Assembly: GCF_009914755.1 (NCBI RefSeq)
Contig: NC_060929.1
DNA: 64,000 bases
Direction: 5' to 3' (one strand)
Source: the human T2T-CHM13v2.0 reference genome, Homo sapiens
The notes beneath the pieces are model-generated. The model worked only from the letters and a program-made list of their open reading frames with translations, made no database searches and was not told the DNA's origin. Each line of letters begins with the position of its first letter. Position 1 is the stretch's first letter. This document shows, one piece after another, positions 55,558-64,000 of this stretch. Made by a program: the position numbers and the translations under genes.

Positions 55558-55928
55558 TGATATGTTAGGCTTTGTGTCCCCACCCAAATCTCATCTTGAA
55601 TTATAATCTCCATAATCACCACATGGAGAGACCAGGTGGAGGTAATTGAATCTGGGGGTGGTTTCACCCATGCTGTTCTTGTGATAGTGAATGAGTTCTC
55701 ACGAGATCTAATGGTTTTATGAGGGGCTCTTCCCAGCTTTGCCTGGTACTTCTCCTTCCTGCCGCTTTGTGAAAAAGGTGCATTGCGTCCCTTTCACCTT
55801 CTTCTATAATTGTAAGTTTCCTGAGGCCTTCCCAGCCATGCTGAACTTCAAGTCAATTAAACCTTTTTCTTTATAAATTACTCAGTCTCTGGTGGTTCTT
55901 TATAGCAGTGTGAAAATGGACTAATGAA
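55558..55928 (+). mobile_element. THE1D solo LTR inside the L1
   Basis: tgatatgttaggctttgtgtccccacccaaatctc...; TSD gatcc / gttcc; L1 resumes in register. Confidence 0.93.
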
Positions 55929-57254
55929 GTTCCCATTTATGAATTTTTGCTTTTGTTGCAATTGCTTTTGACATCTTAGTCATGAAATCCTTGCCTGTTC
56001 TAAGTACAGGACGGTATTGCCTAGGTTGTCTTCCAGGGTTTTTCTAATTTTGTGTTTTGCATTTAAGTGTTTAATCCATCTTGAGTTGATTTTTGTATAT
56101 TGTGTAAGGAAGGGGTCCAGTTTCAATCTTTTGCATATGGCTAGTTAGTTATCCCAGTACCATTTATTGAAAAGACAGTCTTTTCCCCATCGCTCGTTTT
56201 TGTCAGTTTTATTGATGATCAGATAATCATAGCTGTGTGGCTTTATTTCTGGGTTCTTTATTCTGTTCTATTGGTTTATGTCCCTGTTTTTGTGCCAGTA
56301 CCATGCTGTTTTGGTTAACATAGCCCTGTAGTATAGTTTGAGGTCAGATAGCCTGATGCTTCCAGCTTTGTTCTTTTTCTTAAGATTGCCTTGGCTATTT
56401 GGCCTCTTTTTTGGTTCCACATGAATTTTAAAACAGTTGTTTCTAGTTTTTGAAGAATGTCATTGGTAGTTTGATAGAAATAGCATTTAATCTGTAAATT
56501 GATTTGTGCAGTATGGCCTTTTAATGATATTGATTCTTCCTATCCATGAGCATGATATGTTTTCCATTTTGTTTGTATCCTCTCTGATTTCTTTGTGCAG
56601 TGTTTTGTAATTCTCATTGTAGAGATTTTTCACCTCCCTGGTTAGTTGTATTTTACCCTAGATATTTTATTCTTTTTGTGAAAATTGTGAATGGGATTGC
56701 CTTCCTGATTTGACTGCCAGCTTGGTTACTGTTGGTTTATAGAAATGCTAGTGATTTTTGTACATTGATTTTCTTTCTAAAACTTTGCTGAAGTTTTTTT
56801 TATTAGCAGAAGGAGCTTTGGGGCTGAGACTATGGGGTTTTCTAGATATAGAATCATGTCAGCTTCAAATAGGGATAATTTTACTTCCTCTCTTCCTATT
56901 TGGATGCCCTTTATTTCTTTCTCTTGCCTGATTACTCTGGCTGGGATTTCCTATGTTGAATAGGAGTCATGAGAGAGGGCATCAAATCTACACATATCAA
57001 ATACTAACCTTGAATGTAAGTGGGCTAAATGCCCCACTTAAAAGGTAAAGGGGGGCAAGCTGAATAAAAAAGCAAGACTCAATGGTATGCTGTCTTTGAG
57101 ACCTATCTCACATGTGATGACACCCATAGGCTCAAAATAAAGGAATGGAGGAAAATCTACCAAGCATGTAGAAAACAGAAAAAAGCAGGGGTTGCATCCT
57201 AATTTCAGACCAAACAGACTTCAAACCAACAAAGTTCAAAAAAGACAAAGAAGG

Positions 57255-57571
<317 letters not shown>

Positions 57572-58399
57572 GACGAAGTGCATTACATAATGATGAAGGG
57601 TTTTACTCAACAAGAAGACCTTACTAACCTAAATATATATGCACCCAACACAGGAACACCCAGATTCATAAAGTAAGTTCTTAGAGTACAAAGAGGCTCC
57701 CACACAATAATAGTAGGAGACTTTAACACACCACTGACAGTCATAGACAGATCATCAAGGTAGAAAATTAACAATGATATTCAGGATCTGAACCCAACAT
57801 TCCACCAAATGAGTCTGATAGACATCTACAGAACTCTCCATCCAAAAACAACAGAATATACATTCTTCTCATCTCCACATGGCACATGCTCTAAAATTGA
57901 CCACATAATGCCTTTCTTTTCAGTGGTCCATATGTAAGTCTTTTGAAAGTGGCAGCATCTCTACTGCTTATGCTTGTTGCAAGGAACTCTACTGAATACA
58001 AGGAACTTTACTAATCTCTAATGCTTGTGAGTAGATTCTGAACTCATCATTTAGAAAGCTAAACTGGGGGCTTTCTTCCCAGAGCAAAGACATAAAACAA
58101 ACCTCAATTGAGCGTGGGACAGGGAGTCATATGCTGTAAATTTCTTGGACAGTTATTATTCTATGGACCAATTACCGTTCCCTTGTATCTCTAATTTTGG
58201 GATTATTTCTGGATTAAAACACACAAAAAAATCAGACTGTAAAAAGTCATCATTTCTACCAGTGTGAGAATATGTATTCCTCACCTTTACTGGGATTCAC
58301 TGCCAGTATATATACAAATGACTTATACACACACATACACACACGCACATACACACACACGTGTGTGTGTGTAGGTATGTCTGTAATAGGTATTTATAT

Positions 58400-60700
58400 G
58401 TTTGCCTGTCTTTCTATTAGAATTGAGATACAGCAAAATGCACAGAAATTAAGCATTCAATTTAGTAAGTTTTCACAAATGTACATATTTAATCAATATC
58501 TCAATCAACGCAAAAACCATTGTTTCACCTCTGAAGATAATTTTTAATCTTTTGCAAATTATTGAGACTTATTTAATGGCCGAGACTACATAGTCCTTCA
58601 TAAACGTTCCATGTAAATTTGATAAAAATATTTTCATGAAATTTTTTGTGTAGTGTTCTAAAACTTGAAATTAGACTACATTAGTTGATAGTATTATTAG
58701 AATCTTCCAAATCCTTACTAATTTTTATTTGTTCATCTATTGTTTATTTTGAGCCGATGATTAAAATCTTCAACTATGACTGAAAGTCTTTCTATTTTTC
58801 TGTTTAGTTCTGTCTGTTTTTACTTCGTGCATTTTGACACTCTGTTATCAGTTGTATAAACATTGAGAATTATAATGCATTGCTAATGAGCTTAACCTTT
58901 TATCATTCCATCTCTGATATTTCAGCTTATTTTGAATCCTACTTTCTCTGGTATTAGCCAGCTACATCAGTTTTACTTCCTTTCATTTTCAACCAATTTT
59001 ATGACTCTGTCTCAAAAAAAAATGCATTCATTGTACAGAGCATATAGTTTTGTCCTTTTTAAATCCAGTCTCAGAATTGCTAGCTCTTAATTTGAGTGCG
59101 TTATGGGTTGAATTGTCTGCCAAAAAAAACATATGTTGAAGTCCTTACCCCAGTAATTAAGGATGCGACCTTATTTAAAGATAGGATCTTTATAGATGTA
59201 ATCAAGTCAAAATGGGATCATTAGAGTGGCCTCTAATCCAATGTGATTGGTGGCCTTATGAAAGGGGGAAATTTGGACACAAAAATGCCACCAGAAAGCA
59301 CAACATATGAACATGAAGAAAGCCATCTAAAAGCCACGGAGAGATGTCTAGAACAGATTCTTCTGCACAGCCTTTATAAGGAACCCGTACCTTGAATTCA
59401 GACTTCTAGCCTTCAGGACTTGAGATAATACATTTTTGTTGCTTGAGGCACCTAGTTTATGGTACTTTGTTATATAACCCTAGGAAACTAATATAAATGT
59501 TCAATCCATTTACATTTAATCAGTGATGTCAGTGTTGTTAAATCTACCATGTTACTATTTGCCTACTATTTTCTTATTTGGGTGATGTTCTCTTCCCTTG
59601 GTTGTTGATATTTCTTTCTTCACCAGTTCAGTGTTACCTTCCTTAGAGTAAATGGATATTTTTCAATATTTCATTTTAATTATGCTATTGGCTTTATACC
59701 CTTCATACATGTATTCCTGTTGATTTGATGTTCTTGGATCTCTGCACTGAAATTTTTCATCAAAATTTGAAAACACTGGCAATTATTTCTTCAAATATAT
59801 TTTTTCTTTCCCATTTTCTGACTCATCCTTTTGAGACTTCATTTGTGTATAGGTTTGATGGCTTGATATCCCATGTCATTCAATCTCTTATTTTAATCAT
59901 TTTCCTCTTTTGTTTGAGATTAGATAAATTCAAAAATGGTTTTCAAGGTTATTTGTCTGCTTTTCAGATGGCTGAAATCTGAGAGTATACCCTGCCAGTG
60001 ACTCTTTCATTGTATATTTTGCACTTGTTACTTCAACAATGTTCATTACTGAAAATTTCCTTTTTTGTTCTATCATTGTGACAATATCTCCATAGTCTAA
60101 GGACATATTCATAATATATATCTGTTCATTTCAATGCCTGGGTCATTATCATGTATGTTCTATTGACTGCTTTTTTCCCCTTGATTATTTATTAAATTTT
60201 CCTGCTTCTTTGCATAACTTGTATTTTTGACTAATACACCGTAGAGAATCTAGATGTTGTCTTCTTGTAAAGGGGCCTAAGATAGTCCTTTGAAAGCTGT
60301 TAAGTGGCTTCCAGATCCTTTTGATCTGCCATGCCTGGTTTCATTATTTGTTAAGGAAAATCTCTTTCATTTTTGTTCTTAAATATAGGACATAGTCTTT
60401 ACTGAAAGAAATAGTCCTTGTTCTTAATGCCTGGAATATTCAGTAAAATATCTTCCCTGTGGCTAGTCAGTAACCCAAACATCTCCTTGTCCTGTTACTA
60501 CTGATATCTTATTCCCACAGTATCTGCTTTCAGCAGGTCTTGCAGATGTTAACCCTGCTCAGGTATAGAGCAGCTTTTGACGAAATTGGTGCCAAACACT
60601 TATTCTGGCTTCTGTAGGCCTACCCCATGCCTCTTTTTCCTTTCCTATACAAATTTCAGCCGCTTCAGCAGCTCTCAGATAACAATCACTTAAGCAACTT
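58400..60700 (-). mobile_element. Old L1M fragments
   Basis: T-rich strand; ttaaaatcttcaactatgactg, caatccatttacatttaat, attatttcttcaaatatattttt; ends approximate. Confidence 0.65.
59099..59495 (+). mobile_element. MLT1B-like LTR
   Basis: gttatgggttgaattgt...atatgttgaagtcctt...gacttctagccttcag...ggtactttgttat...ggaaactaatata. Confidence 0.88.
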
Positions 60701-60719
60701 TAAGCTATTTACAAATATC

Positions 60720-60755
<36 letters not shown>
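60720..60755. repeat. (GATA)9 tetranucleotide STR
   Basis: Direct reading; sits next to the L1 tail. Confidence 0.97.
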
Positions 60756-60757
<2 letters not shown>

Positions 60758-60776
60758 GAGATGATATAGATAGAGA

Positions 60777-61018
60777 TTTAATTCTAATTTTAGATTCAGG
60801 GGGTATATGTGCAGGTTTGTTACAAAGTTATATTGCTTGCTGCTACTGTTTGGGCTTCCACTGATCCTGTCACCCAGGTAGTGAACTGAATACCTAACAG
60901 GAAGTTCCTTGGCTCTTGTCCCTCTACCCCTACCTCTTTTTGGAACCTAATTAAATTAAGAGCTTCTGCATAGCAAAAGAAATTATCAACAAATAAGCAG
61001 ACAACCTACAAAATGAGA
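60777..61018 (-). mobile_element. Short L1PA16-like 3' end joined to an inverted ORF2 fragment
   Basis: ttttagattcagggggtatatgtgcaggtttgttac (antisense 3' end), then cctaattaaattaagagcttctgcatagcaaaagaaattatcaac (sense ORF2). Confidence 0.85.
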
Positions 61019-61624
61019 GCATTAAGCTTTAATCTCTTCCTCTAAACTCGTTATTTTTAGAGTCTGCCTCCTTGTTTAATGGGAGAAAAAGTGCCCCTAG
61101 TCACATTCTCTGGTTAAATGTGGTGCTTACCTCACGGCTTTCTTTTCTCTTGAGTATGAAAAACTTGTACTTCTTGTTTGATGCATAAAACCTGTTTCCT
61201 TATATATGTTGCCCAGTCTTATCATTGTTTATAGTGAAAAGGCAAGTCCCTCCAATAATTCTATTACGGCCAAAGACTAAAGTGCCTCTGATATGACTTA
61301 TGTCCTTCAGAAATTGCTTATTCTTTAGTCTGTTGGTAGAATTCTTCTCAACTTTCCATAGTTATTTTAATAAGTACTATATTTTCCTATTTCAATGGCA
61401 ATTTGGAATAAAGGAGAAATAAATGTATTTGTTTGGTCCATCTTTGTGAATTCAAACTGTTAAGTCATTACTTTTCACGTCCACTACACATATTACTGCA
61501 CAGTAATTCCTTGTTTACACCTATAATCTTCCTCTCCTGTTTTCCTAGTTTCTATTCAAGTATTTGGGGTAACTGATATTTCTTAAAACAATATGTATTC
61601 TTGGAAAGAGATGTTTCTAGAATC

Positions 61625-61874
61625 CCCTTCTTAGGTGACTTATTAGGAAAAATTATAAGAAGAATGAGAATAGAGAAGAAAAGTAATTGAAGACATCTAC
61701 TTCAACTCTAAATCCCCATAGGAGAAAAATGGCTAGCACTTATTTAAATGCCCTTCTTAGGTGACTTATTAGGAAAAATTATAAGAATAAGAATGAGGAT
61801 AGAGAAAAGTAATTGAAGATACCCACTTCAACTCTAAATCCCCACAGGAGAAAAATGGCTGGCGCTTATTTAAA
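61625..61874. repeat. Tandem duplication, 2 x ~126 bp
   Basis: cccttcttaggtgacttattaggaaaaattataagaa starts at 61625 and 61751; both units end cttatttaaa. Confidence 0.97.
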
Positions 61875-63912
61875 CTCATCTAGGGTTTAGTTTTGCTGAT
61901 GTTGTTTTTCCAATAATAATGTTTCAATTATTATAACAGCAATTTCAGTGAAATATGGTACTTACCAGCTAAGTTTTACACAAGGAAGCACTTTCCTAAA
62001 CACTTCCCCATCCTTCTTAAAAGTTTGAATCCAAATCTTTTGTACTCCAGGGCTTATTTTGTTTTTCCTGCAGCATTCTGCCTTTCTAGAATTAGCACTA
62101 GTTACCCTCAGGAAAAACAAATACATGGACCCATAAAATAATCTTTGGAAGTCTTTCTTCTCCTGCTAGTTACCAAATTATAATCTTCTTATTGTAAAAA
62201 TAAAATAAAATAAAAAATAAAAAGAACTATTTTACTCTAATAAGTTTCCCATTAAGCTAAGCCTGCTTTTGTTGTATTAGAGATTAACATATGTAGACAG
62301 TGTTCTTTTTGACTGGAAATGGGGATTAGTTATGGTTCAAGTAATGCATAAACAAGATGTATTTTTAAAAATACATTATATTTATGCATTATATTTAAGC
62401 AGCCATTTGTAAAAAGCTGAAACTTATTAGAAAGTGAATTCTTCATAATCATGTTTGTATTTTCAATGTTTAGGATTATTTGTTAGCTTAGGTATAGACT
62501 AGACTATTTTTCTAAACAAACAGGAATAAGAAATATAGGTAGTAAAATTTACATGACCTGGTAAAATTTAAAATATCCATTCTGACTAACAGGCAGTGAT
62601 GAGAACAATAAATAAAATATATCTTGGTTTAAATTCTAAGTAAATATATTTGACAATAGAAATATAAACATACTCATAGGAGTGAATTGCTTCTAATTCT
62701 GGCCTTTAGCTAAATAAGCACTTAATGCTAGTAAGAAAAATACATTATTTCATAAAGATAACAACTTCTTTCAGAAATAGTAATTATATTTTTAAAGAGT
62801 TTGGGGAAAATAGAAGTGTATACTCTAATCTTATAGCAAAGTTTCTGCTAAGTTTTCGTGATGCCAATGTTTTCATTATGAATCATTTCACTGTCAAACA
62901 AAATGTACGCTATTGATTAAACACAGGCAAAAAGAGAGGGGAAAAAGGGTATATTAAAAAAAGACCTTTGGTTATTCCGGCTGCCACCAATTGCTTTCTT
63001 GTTTCAGCTGAATTTTGAAGTAGCTAATCATATTTTGGCATTTTCTTGTCATCAAAGCATTTCATGAAATTATCCCATTACAATGTTTTTCTCAGAGGCA
63101 AAATTAACATGGTTGACAGTTTAATTGACATATTTCTTTTTCGTTGTGTGCCTTTGCCAATTAAACAAATTGCACCCTATTTTGATGTTCATTTTGTTAA
63201 TTATTTGTAAAACTGTAGACTCTGATTTTTTTTTTTTTAATTTTCAAGTGTCAGTTTCTTGGTCGGGAATGAAAATAGTGCCAACCTGTGATACCTTCAC
63301 TCTAATTTTACTTTCTGAGGAAGTTTTCTGTAATAGTTACTTGGTGATAATTATTAATACTGGTGAGTTTTAAAAATTTTGCTTTCAGCAATTTTCCATT
63401 TTTTTCAGCATACTTATATCACAATGAGGCAACCAAATATGAATCCTGAGAATGAAGATGGAAAATGAATATTTTAATCCAATATCGAGTTGTTCTTTCA
63501 ACATTTTTAGTTTTAGTTTTAACTGAAAATATAAAGTTACATAATTGTGTGAGGAATAATTTTTGCAGAGAAATTTTTAAAAATTCACAAAAGGAAAAAG
63601 AAACCTTTACCATGAGTCTATAACATTGAAAGACTGTGTTTAAGTGATTTTAATAAAGCCAAACCAACACTTTCAGCAGGAACTAAATGGCAGCATCTGA
63701 TTTCACGCTGATACATATGTATTAGTGTGGTGCTCACTTTTACCCTTCATTTTACCTTGGGTCTTGCCATTTTCTTTCTATTTTTACGTTTTTTTTTTTT
63801 TTTTCTTTTGGAAGAGGTAATTTTTAGGGAGAAAAAAACACTTTTTCCTCATAGGTCGATTTAAAATGTTGGCCTTACCTTAATCTCCTCTCTCAAACTC
63901 AATCCACTATGT

Positions 63913-64000
63913 AATGGGTCAACATACTTTTCTGTGAAGGACCAGATAGTAAATATTTTAGTCTTTGCAGGCCATATGGTCTCTGTTGCCAGCTCTTCCA
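63913..64000 (+). mobile_element. MER58A (runs off the window)
   Basis: cttttctgtgaaggaccagatagtaaatattttagtctttgcaggccatatggtctctgttgc. Confidence 0.88.

Overview
AT-rich primate (most likely human or great-ape) intergenic or deep-intronic DNA. I see no credible protein-coding gene, RNA gene or CpG island; the long ORFs I could trace come from repeats or low-complexity sequence. The window is dominated by interspersed repeats: Alu J/S/Y, L1/HAL1, L2, MIR, MaLR (THE1/MST/MLT1), ERV1/ERVL LTRs, and hAT and Tigger DNA transposons, plus microsatellites. The most notable structure is an 84-bp inverted duplication (10247-10330 / 14911-14994, 82/84 identical) that splits one old MER5B element and coincides with truncation of an LTR. 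This fits the scar of a recent ~4.6-kb inversion. Other items: a spaced ~300-bp duplication, a deletion junction fusing MER1A to a tailless Alu, two L1s with twin-priming-type inversions, a nested L1>Tigger3b>(THE1D provirus, AluY) stack, a cluster of THE1-type LTRs, a CTCF-like site with upstream motif, and a few candidate enhancers. I found no evidence of a new gene system. Repeat family and subfamily names come from recalled consensus sequences and need RepeatMasker/Dfam confirmation; boundaries of old repeats are approximate.
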